64,000 nt of DNA. Source: Basidiobolus meristosporus CBS 931.73 (Eukaryota; Fungi; Basidiobolomycota). Below the pieces are notes generated by a model, which saw only the letters and a program-made list of their open reading frames with translations, had not been told where the DNA came from and ran no database searches. Shown piece by piece: positions 33,405 to 45,254 of this stretch (its first letter is position 1; every line of letters begins with the position of its first letter). The position numbers and the translations under genes are program-made. Location: assembly GCA_002104905.1 (NCBI GenBank), contig MCFE01000123.1:1-64000 (forward strand). The letters are read 5' to 3'.

Positions 33405-34648
33405 TGTTGTGTTGTATTATGATTAGTTTGGGGCTTGTTCTACAATGTAGAGGCTAATCAACAATATACAAACACTTCCAGTATGCTAATACTGAAATAG
33501 TTTATTGGGAGTTTGATATACCGATAGAAGATATAACTTTCACTAATTTCCTCAATCTTGGGCTCAAAATATACTGTAGGCAGTGTTTATCACTTCTACA
33601 GCAGTGTTCTGACCTTCTGTCAATTAATGGGCTTATTTACTTTTATAGTAACCTTTCCTTATCTGGAAGTCACTTTCCTTTCTGAGAAAATATTTCCTAA
33701 TATGGAAATTCTGAACTCCCCTTTAACCTAAAGGGGTGTGTTGTAGAAGTCTCTAAAGGGGTCTTTAGACCTAAAGGGGTGTCTAAAGGGGTGTCTTTAG
33801 AGTAAAGGGGCTTCTTGTAGTGGTCTCTAAAGTGGACTTTACACTAAAGGGGTGCCTAAAGGGGCTTCTTTAGAGTAAAGGGGTTTCTTAAAGGGGTCTC
33901 TAAAGGGGTCTTTAGACTAAAGGGGTGTCTAAAGGGGTGTCTTTAGAGTAAAGGGGTTTCTTAGAGGGGACTTTTCCAACAGAAAAGTGGTAGTTTCTTG
34001 TAGAACTTAGATTGGATTCTTGTGAGCTTTGCAGTCTCTTTACTGATGTAGTACTGATCAAAGTCAGAATACTCAACAGTGCAAGTGATGCAGGGGAAGT
34101 CTTATAATCTTTAAAACTTGTAATCGTAGTGTGGAGATTCTGGAAAGAGAGGCTCTCTCTTTATTTTTCAGCTGGGGAAGTCATATATATGAAAATTTTG
34201 AAGGATCAAAGTTTTTGGGCGATTGCGCAAGCAATACACATGATACAAAGCTAAAATTTTGCAGTGGCGCAGATCGGACATAGGCGCAGCACCTGTGAAA
34301 ATTTCACGTGATTTGATTGGCTGGTTCAAAAGCTACACGCAATCAAAGTCACCATAGTAATCCTAGCAATAAGGCATAATATATATAATAGTTGGACTCT
34401 TTTGGTCATAACTCCTTAAGTACTGCTTCAAATGAGCTGTAATTTGAAACATGTGTTGGCTACTACGTGTTCTGTATGACATAATATTCTTGGGTGGATT
34501 GCTTGTCAGGGTCTGGAGCATTTGCTCTTCAAAGTTGGAAATTCTTGATCTTTCTCTTGTGTGTTACAATAGCAAAAAGCAAAATAAAGAAATGAGTGCA
34601 ATATTGGTTTAGAGATATTGTAGTAATGGAATACTTTCCATTACCACA
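33405..34648. mobile_element. TG...CA-bounded insertion (1244 bp, probable solo LTR) nested in copy A
   Basis: TGTTGTG...TTACCACA termini with perfect 4-bp TSD attc (33401-33404 and 34649-34652); empty site gtattcttcctcc in copy C. Confidence 0.78.
33729..33969. repeat. G-rich TAAAGGGG minisatellite with ~70-bp higher-order unit
   Basis: About 13 perfect TAAAGGGG octamers plus 2 variants, counted by eye, separated by short tgtc/tctttagag/ttct spacers. Confidence 0.9.
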
Positions 34649-35623
34649 ATTCTTCCTCCTGAAGCTCACCATCTGATTCCTCAAGGTATTCACTTACCCT
34701 CTGTCAGATACTTTGGAGCTGTTGCCTGGATGAGTCCTGTGTATATTGCTCTCAGAAGCCACTTAGCTCTACTAATATATCACGTAGTACATTAGTCATT
34801 TGAGGCAAAAACTCATTCAAAATCTCTTTGGTTCCCAAAGTTGAGGCACAAATGGACACGTCCAGCCTGTACTGTGCAAATTGCATGCAAAATTGTTCCC
34901 GTGCGGCTTCTTTGTCAAAGCCCCTCACTCTCAGCTCATTCTTGATTTCAATACTTGTCTTGTTATATATCTTCTTACATACATTGGCTGGCATCTTGAT
35001 ATAGAACTCATGCCACAGCTTTCTACTCAAATTCTTCCATCTTTGTCAATTCTCTGAGGTATCTAGTTCTGCTAGATTAATCAGTAGTGCCAAAATATCT
35101 GTATGAAGGCTCATCATAGACACTTGGGCCATACTAAAAGCATTTGGAAAGAACTCAAACAGATCTGACATTGACTTTTCTGGTCCGGACCACACTTGTG
35201 AGCTGGGGGATGGGTTTTGTCTGGGTTGTACTAAAGATGAGTTGAGGCTTGGTAAGGGGACCATAGCAACAGATTTGGATACTTATACAGCAGTATATTG
35301 GCATCAACCTGGTCTTATATGAAATATATATGAATACTAATGTGATTGTTGAATTTTCCATATATTATGCATGATGCATCTTGGATTGCGTTGACATGGA
35401 TCAGATCACATCAATTGCAGATTTCCTATTTGATTATAGACCTATGATTAAAGCATCAATAAAAGTACCAAGGCATTGTTTGCGGATGATTTTTGCAACA
35501 TAATGATGGGATACATGGCAATTGATGGAGATTTAACCATAATATATTAAAAATCAGGTAAATACCTCAGATTGCGCCAAATTGATTCAAACCGCCTCCA
35601 TACAATCATCCACCAATTTTAAT

Positions 35624-36509
35624 ATGACTTACTCATCTAAGTTGGTCTTTTCTTATCAATCCCATCACTACCACTGGATTTCCTTTTGACACACTAGATG
35701 AGATCTATTCCAAGTACTGTGGACCATCAACCCCAATCTACTCAAGGAGATCCCTTGTTAAGCTTCTGTGCTATTACAAGAACTATTGCCCTACAAGGTT
35801 TCATCCCACCATCCATGGCAACAAAAGTCCTAGAAGCTTTCATTCCCAGCTGACAGCAATGGAGAACCACCTTGCAGAGGGTATGAATGACTTAGAGCAA
35901 GCTTGGAATACTAGGTTCAGAAGCTCTAATAGACTTCCATATCCCAGAGTGTTCAGCAACAGGTTCCATATCAGGAGTATATTGGATACCTTCCCAGTTA
36001 GGATTAACAGACCTTCTAGAGGGCAGAGGCACTTTTATTCTGGCAAGTACAAGGCGCACTGTGTGAAGTTTCAAGCACCGTCTGACATTGAGGGTAACAT
36101 CATCTGGTTTAGTGGGCCATTTGCTGGAAGTAGGCATGACAAAGCACTCTGGGTAGAGAATCATCCTGAATCCAGTAGAGGGGAGAAATGTATGGCAGAC
36201 TTAGTCTATATAGGAGAGGACTGTCAGAGATTAGGATGTATTACAGCTTATAGGAAGCCAAGAAATGGTGTGCTTAGCAGAAAGCAGAAGCTCTACAATG
36301 AGATATTTAATCATTTCAGAGTGAGGGTAGAGCACACATTTGGATATCTGAAGAGATTCAGCATATTGGCAGGTAAATACAGAGGAAAGTCATATATAGG
36401 AGAAAACAGCAGAATAGGTAAAATAGTTAAGATACTTATTAATGCACAGTATGTTCATACAAGAAGACATCCACTGAGAGAAATGCGTCTGGAGCAGTAT
36501 GAAGAGTAA
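35624..36509 (+). pseudogene. DDE_Tnp_4 (PIF/Harbinger/PHIS) transposase of copy A; 5' frameshift
   Basis: Motifs ILDTFPVRINRP, GSRHD, ADLVYIG, RVRVEHTFGYLKRFSIL. One extra base after the ATG at 35624 relative to copies B and C; ORF 35859..36509 is open. Confidence 0.9.
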
Positions 36510-36749
36510 ATAAAGCAAGGAAAGCACTATTCTGAGCAACATAAGTAAGATTGAGTAAAATTACCAGTAACTGTATCATACCACTGGCATCATGGTAGAA
36601 ATTATAGTGCCAGATAGTGCCGTAGAGTGCCAGATTGATCCGGCACCATAAACAGGCTGGCACTATGTGGCACTATCCACTGGAACAAGTCTATTGAATG
36701 GTGTATAAGTTGGCATGTGGCCCATACTTTAGTAGAGTTTCCCTATTAA

Positions 36750-37825
36750 AAATTAGTTGCTTGATTCACCCAACCCAACTTTGCATTTCTTGACTAATTG
36801 CCCACACATGGGGGCTGCTTAGCTTCTTAATTCCATAGGCATAGGTGTCTCCATGTGCACATCTGTCCTCAGTATTTCCAACTCTTCCTGGCTGTCCTGC
36901 ATGTACCAACTCATCACATCCATCACAGACTTGGAGGTAATATCCTTGATGAGATTGGGATATGGTAGTACCTGCAACTTCACTTGTATTCCTATCTACA
37001 CACATATCTGCTCCATAAGAAACTCCTAAAAAGTGAAGCAAGGCTCAACATTCTCTATATACCAAGCAAGATGGAGTACAGAATGGATACAGTGGCAGCA
37101 GAGATCTATGTACTCAGCTTTATGTTTGTAGTATAGCCACTCAAATCCCATTACAAACTCCTCACACAACAGCTGTAGATGTGTCAAGTTGGCATTGGTG
37201 ATTTACTTCTGGATAAATATTCCTACAATGTCCACATATGACTCCCAATGCTTCCAATGTGGTCTTGGTAGCAATGGCTTCAGAATGCCACTTGAATAAA
37301 TACATATTCAGTTCATCCAGTCTTTGCATTTGTATTGTTGCATATACATATAAGTACTGATTGGAGCATGTGAAAAGTTCTCAGGGTAGCAGATACTCTG
37401 TGATATCTTGCCAATTCTTTCAAATTTTTCTGGTATCTCAAAGGGATCATTTAGCTTGAGATGCCACACATGCAATGTAGTCATCTGTATAGGGATATCG
37501 TTAAAAAGCAAATGCATTGCTTCCAGTGAAAAGCTTTTGCTCCAACAGATACCCTCTATCTCAAGTATCTCTGGTTTCTGATTGATTCCATGTTCTGACC
37601 AATGACTTACAGCTTGCCAGCTTTGCTGTAATTGCTTGCTGACTTCTGTATGATTTCCCTGTAGGAAGATGATGTTCATAGCATTGGTGTTTAGGTAATA
37701 ATAATGTGTGTAAGTTAAGGAGTATATCCCCTGGATCTGACATGTTTGACAGCAATACCATACATTATGCCCCAAGAAGCTGGCTATCTTGCTGATGGCT
37801 GGGATCTCCAACAGAGCAAAAGGTT
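36750..37825 (-). mobile_element. CACTA/EnSpm-like Tnp2 (Transposase_21) transposase, C-terminal half, degenerate
   Basis: EIPAISKIASFLGHNVWYCCQTCQIQG...MHLLFN...KDWMN; overlaps in homology with the copy at 52760-52900. Confidence 0.75.
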
Positions 37826-38180
37826 GCATGTTCAAATCACACACTCCTCACTGATTTTGTTTTGTATGCTTGACATTTTCAAAATAGAATTTTGATTCTT
37901 ATTCAAGGTGCTCACCACTAAGTGAGTCCAACAATTTTGAATGGTGTATTTGTGTTTACCAATAGTACTCAAGTTAGGCTTGGGACATTAGTTTGACTTG
38001 CAAGAGACTGGTATTTTATGATGATTAGCATTCAGATCATCTTCCTTCTGATATTATCATTGGGTATGTTAGTTTAGAAAGCAAAATTGGCTTGTTTCAA
38101 TGCAATGATGCATTTAACAACAGTTAGCAAGGGAAGAATATTTGAGTTATAATGACAGTGCTACCACCAAAGATTGATAA

Positions 38181-38253
38181 GCTTGCATAGCTTAGTTGCT
38201 TAGAGCATGGTGCTAATAATGCAAGGTTGCAGGTTCAACCCCTGCTATGAGCA
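38181..38253 (+). pseudogene. tRNA-Ile(AAT) pseudogene
   Basis: Cloverleaf recognisable: anticodon loop CTAATAA, T arm GCAGG-TTCAACC-CCTGC. Acceptor GCTTGCA/TATGAGC is disrupted by CpG-type transitions; no CG remains. Confidence 0.82.
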
Positions 38254-38746
38254 AATAATTTTTACACCCAATAGCAATCTTCTTACAATGCCTAGAGGCC
38301 ACTATTAATATGTTATTTTAATTATAAAATCATGACCAAAAAGTAACCTGACCTTGTAACTTTTTTATGGAACTGACTTGTCTCAAAAAGAGCGCACCTG
38401 TCTTGTGAAATGGCCTGTAGCTTTGAACGCATTACAGTGACACCCTGGTGTGGTATATAGAAGAATGCATTCTTGTTTGTGCATGCCCAAAAACACTAAT
38501 GATCATGCAAAAGGAGAAGGTTATCAGTAATCCACTGTAGCCTTGTCCAAGGCAAGTCAGTCTTGGATAGTATAGTTAAGGGTACTTCATTTTGGGATTG
38601 TGTTGTATTCCTTACAAAGGAGTCTTTGTGGAGGTTCTTATCAATGTCTGTTGAGGCCTTTTGGCATGCAATTGTGGCCAACATCTCTGCTTGATCCTAT
38701 GTTTTGAAACTGTGGCTAATATGTCTCTTTTTATTGTTTCTGAGAT

Positions 38747-38818
38747 TCTCAGATAGTGTAGTGGCAAGAATCCCTGCCTGTCACATGGGAGACCCAGGTT
38801 CAATTTCCAGTCCAAGAG
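38747..38818 (+). pseudogene. tRNA-Asp(GTC) pseudogene
   Basis: Anticodon loop CTGTCAC. Restoring TG/CA to CG yields a complete cloverleaf (acceptor TCTCGGA/TCCGAGA, anticodon stem CCCGC/GCGGG). Confidence 0.85.
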
Positions 38819-39187
38819 CATTTTTGCAGTTTTATTAGCTTGATCTTGTTGAATTAATGGCCATATTTAGATTGGTTGGTAGTCATGAAGAGCATTCTAA
38901 TGAAATTGCCTTGATAAATAAATGCACTTGTTTGCACATACATATTAGCATCTACCATTTAGTATATCCATCCAAAAGTAGACTTTGGGCAACCAAGTAT
39001 TACACTTCTCAGCCATACTTCACCATAAAATTTTTGTAACTAATACATTAAAAAGAAACTGGCCAAGAGTCTCATACTAAATAGCCATCAATTGGTGGTC
39101 AAGTATGGATTTAATTGCACAATCACTCAATCATTATTTAGTGGATGAGGTAAAGGTGGTATCCTGTTTGTTGAACTTCTGTGTTCC

Positions 39188-39259
39188 TCCACATTGGTCC
39201 AGTGATCAGGATCTCATGCTCTTACCAAGAAGGCTGGAGTTTGATTACCCAATGCAAAA
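39188..39259 (+). pseudogene. tRNA-Glu(CTC) pseudogene
   Basis: TCCACATTGGTCCAGTGATCAGGATC...GCTCTTACC...GTTTGATT...ATGCAAAA follows the tRNA-Glu(CTC) pattern with CpG-type and other transitions. Anticodon loop is CTCTTAC versus expected CTCTCAC. Confidence 0.7.
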
Positions 39260-39474
39260 CACTACTTTTACTTATCAAGATATTCCATCAATTTTATATA
39301 GCCATGCCTTGCTGAGCTCACTAATGTGAAGGCCTAGCAAGCCTTACTCACTTTGATATTCCCAAGGGTATAAGCATAAGCAATTAACCATTCATTTTCC
39401 TCAATGTGAATGAGATATGTTAATTCCTGTTAGGCCAAAACAGAGCTCCCTAGTTGTTTCATTCATGTTCATTA

Positions 39475-42400
39475 TGTTGTAAGAATTAGTTTTTCCACCT
39501 AAATATTCACCTTGCTTAGTCACTTAGATCATTACCTTTAAATCCTAGAGAATACTGACCAAACTTCTAGTTGGGATTTACTTAGAATATTCTCACCAAA
39601 ATACCAGGTACCCAGAACATGAAAATTCTCAAAGTTGTCCAAACAGCCTCAAACTTTGCACACATGCTCTTGGGACTTTCCTTAACCTATTCTACATGCT
39701 TGCTATGCCAAGACTAGGTAAAAGTATAAATACTGCTTCTACATTCATTAAAGCATGAAGTGAAAACCACATAGCCTACTTGTTCTCCCAATCACTTTCA
39801 ATATCTCCAAGACTCTTACAACAGGTTGTGAGCCCAAAGCTGTCACTCTCTGCAATGTCTACTACTGCTATTACTAAAGTTTTCCCCTCTGCTGGAATGT
39901 TGGATGGTTCTAACTACTAAGTGTGGAAAGTGAAGCTGAAGAAGCTGCTACAAGAAAGAGGTCTTTGGGATATGTCATTGGAGAAGAATGCCCTCCTAAA
40001 ACATAGGAGAGGAAGCCTTAAAGTACCAGAAGAAAGAACAATATAACTTTTACTGCATTGGCCTTAATGTTAAAGACAAATTGCTAATTCAATAATCAAG
40101 AGCAAAAACTGCATAGCATGCCTGGACAGCATTGGAAGAAACTTACCAGTCATGTACAGCTGCTAAGAAAATGTATCTCAGACAACTATTTTTTACTACA
40201 AAGATGCAGCCAGGAGAAGAAATGAAAAATCAAAGTAACAAAATTACCCTGCTGGTAGATGAGATAAAATCTGTGGGCATACAACTACTGATGAGGATGT
40301 AATAGTAGCCATCCTGAATAGCTTAACAGACAGGTTTCAGGGCCTTGTATCAGCCCTAGAGTCCAGAATTAATGATTTGATCTTATATCATGTATATGGA
40401 AGGCTGCTGGATGAAGAATTAAGAAAATCAAGCACTAATAAGAAGGAAGAAGAAAATGTTTATTACGCAATGATAACCAACAAAGGAGGTATGCAAGACC
40501 TTTTAAAGGCAATGGCAACCTGTTTTGTACCTACTGCAAGAGGAAAGGTCACACATCAGACCAGTGCTTCAAAAAGAGATAGTCAGCAGAAAAAGCCTGA
40601 ATATGGAAATACTGCAATAATTGAAGATAGACTATTCATATCTGCACTATATATGACCACAAACAAGGATTCTCAGACATGGTATATTGACTCTGGAGCA
40701 TCTCAACACTTTACACATCAAAAAGAACTTTTTACCCAATATCAAGAAATTCCAATTAAGTAGGTTTTCATGGGTGACAATAGCACACTTGATGCAGTGG
40801 GAGAGAGAAATATCCAAGTAAACCTAAGAAACAGTGAAGGAAGCCATAAACTGACCCTCAAAACTCTTCATCCACTTCTGCAAAATTCATGGGATAAGCA
40901 AGAGACTACTGTACCATACTCCCCACAGCAAAATGGAGTAGCAGAACATGCCAACAGATGAATAACTGATATGGCAAGATCTGTGATCCATGATCAAATA
41001 TTATCCTATGATTATTGCACAGAATCAGTTATCACAGCTGTATACCTTAAAAATAGGAGTTTTAACAGAAAACTTTGTGGTTCTACTCCATTTGAAGCAT
41101 GGTATGGATACAGATCAGGTGCAGAACATCTAAGAATATTTGGGTGTAAGCATATGCCAAGAAATGCCTGGAAATCAGCCAAAATTTGAGCCAAAAATTG
41201 TAAAATGCATATTTTTGGGCTACTGCAATGAGGGTAGTGCATGCAGACTCTTAAATACTATAACACAGAAGCTAATCAAGTCCAGGGATGTGCTGTTTGA
41301 TGAAAATTTCAAAATATTCACAAAAAATAAAATTAGATGATGACAAAAATCTGATCTCAAGTCCGCCAATTGCCAGAAGTTGAATCAGAGTAAGCAATGA
41401 AAATTGTTTCACTTCAGAGGACTCTACAACTGTGGTTCAACCTGAAGCAGTGCCCAGGAATATCCCAGAAGCTGCCATTGCAGTATTGAATGCTGGGAGA
41501 TCCAATCAGACTAGAAATAGCCCAAATTACTCTATCAATGAGGGTACAAACTTAGCCTATATCTATTCAGTCCATATTGATGAACCCCAAGCTATAAAAG
41601 GGGCCCCAAAAAGCCCTCAGACAAAGTTTTGGAGATCTGCAACAACTGAGGAACATCAGGTCCTGATGGAAAATCAAACTTGGGCCTTAGTCAAATTACC
41701 AATCAACCAAAAATTGATATCAATGAGGGTTCAAACTTAGCCTATGCCTAATAAGTCCATATTGATGAGCCCCAGACTGTAAAAGAGGCACTAAATAGCC
41801 CTCAGACAAAGTTTTGTGGATCTGCAATGACTGAGGAGTATCAGGCCCTGATGGAAAATGAAACTTGGGCTTTAGTTAAATTACCAATCAACCACAAATC
41901 AATTGGGTGCAGATGGGACTTCAAGACAAAACACAAGGCTGATGGTACAATTGAATAATACAAAGCAAGACTTTTGACCAAGGGATACTCTCAAACAAGG
42001 GGACTTAAATATACCAAGACCTTTGCACTGGTAGCCAAGCTTAACTCCATCAGATTAATATTGTCTATTGCAGCCAGATATAAGTTTTTTATTCATCAAA
42101 TGGATGTAAAAGCTGCATTTTTAATTGGAGAACTTAATGCGGACATGTATATGGACCAGCCTGATGGGTTTGTGGATCAAGATAACCCCCATATAGTCTG
42201 CAAGCTTACAAAGTCCCTAAATGGTCTCAGCAATCTCCAAGAGCCTGGAATTCAACAATAGATTCTTATTTGGAATCTTTGAGTTTTGAAAGGAGTAATG
42301 CTAGCTATAGTATACTATAAGCCAGATAGAGCAGATCCAGTTCTATTAGCTCTATATGTGGAAGATCTTATTTTAGCCATCAAAAACCTAGAAACATTGG

Positions 42401-42845
42401 AAGAGACTAAATCCAGCCTATCTAAGGAGTTCAAGGGGTCCAATCTAGGAGAACACAGTTACTACTTGGGGATTAAGTCTTCCATAGACAGAAGTACCCA
42501 GACTATCACTCTAAGCCAATCCAAGTACAGTAATGAACTACTAAAGAAGTACCAAATGGAAGACTGTAAACCAGTGGCTACCCCAATGGAGACAAACCTT
42601 AACTTAGTCAAAACTCAACCAAATTAAGAGAGCTTGGTGCCATCCAAAAGCCATGACTTTTCTTATGAACTAATGGTTGGCAGCCTGATGTATGTCAAGC
42701 TTGGAACACGGCCAGATATCTTGTATTCAGTGGGAGTTGTCAGCCAACATAATCAGAACTATGGATTTGATCATATTGCAGCAGTTAAGCGGATTTTTAG
42801 ATACCTAAAAGGAACTGCTGAGATCTGCTTATTATACACTTATTA
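39475..42845 (+). mobile_element. Ty1/copia family 1 element, 5' LTR intact, internally deleted and 3'-truncated
   Basis: LTR 39475-39823 (TGTTGTAA...TTACAACA), PBS GGTTGTGAGCCC, gag start MSTTAITK, protease WYIDSGAS, integrase PQQNGVAE, RT KGYSQ...HQMDVKAAF. Many stops. Confidence 0.92.
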
Positions 42846-42859
42846 ATATATAATTTGTA

Positions 42860-45120
42860 ATTTCACCCAAATATTCTAAGTAAATCCCAACAAGCAATTT
42901 GGTCAGTATTCTCTAGGATTTGAAGAAAATGATCCAAGTGACTAAGTAAGGTGAATATTTAGGTGGAATTACAAATTTTTACAACACTCCCACTCAGCTA
43001 ACTGTTCATACTGACTACTCCTAATTTTGACCTAAGATATTCAAGCTTGTCTCTAGCTAATGGTTTGCTAAATATGTCTGCAATCATTTCATCTGAAGGA
43101 CAGTAAACTAAGCTAAGTTATTTTCTATTGCTTCATGTATGAAATGATGTCTAATATCTATGTGCTTAGTTCTAGCATGAAAAGTTGGATTTCTACCTAA
43201 TTGTATATATTGTTGATTATGTTGAAATAAAGTAATAGGCATTTTTTGACATAGGCCAATATCTGTAAAAAGCTTTCTCAAACACATTGCTTCTTTTGTA
43301 GCTTCACAGGCTGCCATGTACTCTGTCTCTGTGGTAGAAAGTGCTACGGTCGGCTGCTTTCTTGAATTCCATGAAATTGCTCCTTTACAGTAAAGAAAGG
43401 TGCATCCTGTGGTGGATCTTCTGTCTTCCAAATTCTGTCCCCAATCAGCATTAGAGTATCTCACAAGGTCCTGTTCTGAGTCCTTATAAGTGTATCTTAA
43501 GCAGATATCAGCAGTTTCTTCTAGGTATCTAAAAATCCACTTAACTGCTGCAATATGATCAGATCCATAGTTCTGATTATGTTGGCTGACAGCTCCCGCT
43601 GAATACAAGATATCTGGACGTGTTCCAAGCTTGATATACATCAGATTGCCAACCATAGATTGATAAGGAAAGTCTGGGCTTTCAGATGGCACCAAGCTCT
43701 CTAGATTTGGTTGAGTTTTGACTAAGTTAAGGTTTGTCTCCATTGGGGTAGCTGCCGGTTTACTGTCTTCCATTTGGTACTTCTTTAGTATATCTTAAAT
43801 ATACTTGGATTGGCTTAGGGTAATAGTCTGGGTGCTTCAGTGTATGGAGAACTTGATCCCTAAGTAATAACTGAGTTCTCTTAGATCAGATATCTTGAAC
43901 TCCTTAGATAGGCTGGATTTAGTCTCTTCCAATGTTTCTAGGTTATTGATGGCTATAAGATCATCCACATATAGAGCTAATAGAACTGGATCTATTCTAT
44001 CTGGCTTATAGTATATACTATAGTCAATATTACTCCTTTTGAAACTCAAAGATTCCAAATAAGAATCTATCTTGCAATTCCAGGCTCTTGGTGATTGTTT
44101 GAAATCCAATAGAGACCTTTTAAGTTTGCAGACCAAATGGGGGTTATATTGGTCAGCAAACCCATTGGGCCGGTCTACATACATGTCCTCATCAAGTTTT
44201 TCATTCAAAAATGCAGTTTTTACATCCATTGGATGAATAAAAAACTTATATCTGGCTGCAATAGCCAATATTAATCTGATGGAGTTAAACTTGGCTACCA
44301 GTGCAAAGGTCTTGGTACAGTCAAGTCCTTTTATTGGAGAGTATCCTTTGGCCACAAGTCTTGCTTTGTATAATTCAATTGCACCATCAGTCTTGTATTT
44401 TATCTTAAAGACCCGTCTGCACCCAATTGATTTTTGGTTCATTGGTAATTTAACTAAGGCCCAAGTTTCATTTTCCATCAGGACCTGAAATTCCTCAATC
44501 ATTGCAGATCTACAAAACTTTGTCTGAGGACTATTTAGAACCTCTTTTACAGTCTGGGGTTCATGAATATGGACTGAATAGGCATAGGCTAAGTTTGTAC
44601 CCTCATTGATAGAGTAATTTGGACTATTTCTTGTCTAATTGGATCTTTAAACATTTGATACTAGGATGATCACTTCTGAGATATTCCTGGGTGCTGATTC
44701 AGGTTGAACCACAATTGTAGGATCCTCTGGAGTGAAATAATTATCATTGTTTTGCTCTGATTCAATTTCTGACAATTGATGGACTTGAGATCAATTTTTG
44801 TCATCATCTGATGTCATTTTCTGTGAATATTTTGAATTTTCATCAAACAACACATCCCTGGACTTGATTAGCTTCTTTGCTTTGGTATTGCAGAGTCTGT
44901 GTGCTTTGCTCTCATTGCAGTAACCCAAATATATGCATTTTACATTTTTTAGCTTGAATTTTGACTGATTTCTGTGCAGTTTCTTGGCATATGCTGTACA
45001 CCCAAACATTCTCAGATATTCTGCACTTGGTCTGTACCTATATTATGCTTCAAATGGAGTTGCAATACAGTAGTTGTGTGCTTTATTACTGTGAAATTTT
45101 GTACCTTGAATAGCCACCTA
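42860..45120 (-). mobile_element. Ty1/copia family 1 element, 3' half (partial 3' LTR, PPT, RNase H, RT, end of integrase)
   Basis: LTR end at 42986 next to the PPT; ORF fragments ARLVAKGYS, MDVKTAFLN, LYVDDL, GAISWNSRKQPTVALST, ARTKHIDIRHHF. Confidence 0.92.
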
Positions 45121-45131
45121 TCATAAGCATT

Positions 45132-45204
45132 GCCTCCTTGGCTCAGTTGGCAGAGCATCTGCCTAGTAAGCAGAAGGTTGCTTGTTTGATTCCAGCAGAA
45201 GGCA
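45132..45204 (+). pseudogene. tRNA-Thr(AGT), probable pseudogene
   Basis: Anticodon arm TCTGC-CTAGTAA-GCAGA intact; acceptor GCCTCCT/AGAAGGC; T loop TTTGA (TTCGA mutated); followed by a T8 Pol III terminator; no CG remains. Confidence 0.82.
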
Positions 45205-45254
45205 AATATTTTTTTTGGAGCAAATTGCAAAGTTTTTTATTCCTACATTTACAA

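Larger units (their letters stand above)
30953..36692 (+). mobile_element. PHIS/Harbinger-group (Pangu-like) DNA transposon, copy A, with two nested insertions
   Basis: TIR AGACTTGTTCCA (30953) ... TGGAACAAGTCT (36692); 3-bp TSD ATT on both sides; DDE_Tnp_4-type transposase; colinear with copies B and C. About 3.42 kb after removing the inserts. Confidence 0.92.

Noticed and set aside
33729-33969. TAAAGGGG array as a CRISPR or true telomere
   Set aside because: Spacers are short and repetitive, there are no cas genes, the context is eukaryotic, and the array is internal to a TSD-flanked insertion.
38380-38600. Possible Pol III ncRNA (SRP/U3-like words, hairpin, T-tract) between the tRNA pseudogenes
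   Set aside because: Only short word matches; length and box structure do not fit. An Infernal/Rfam search on CpG-restored sequence would be needed.
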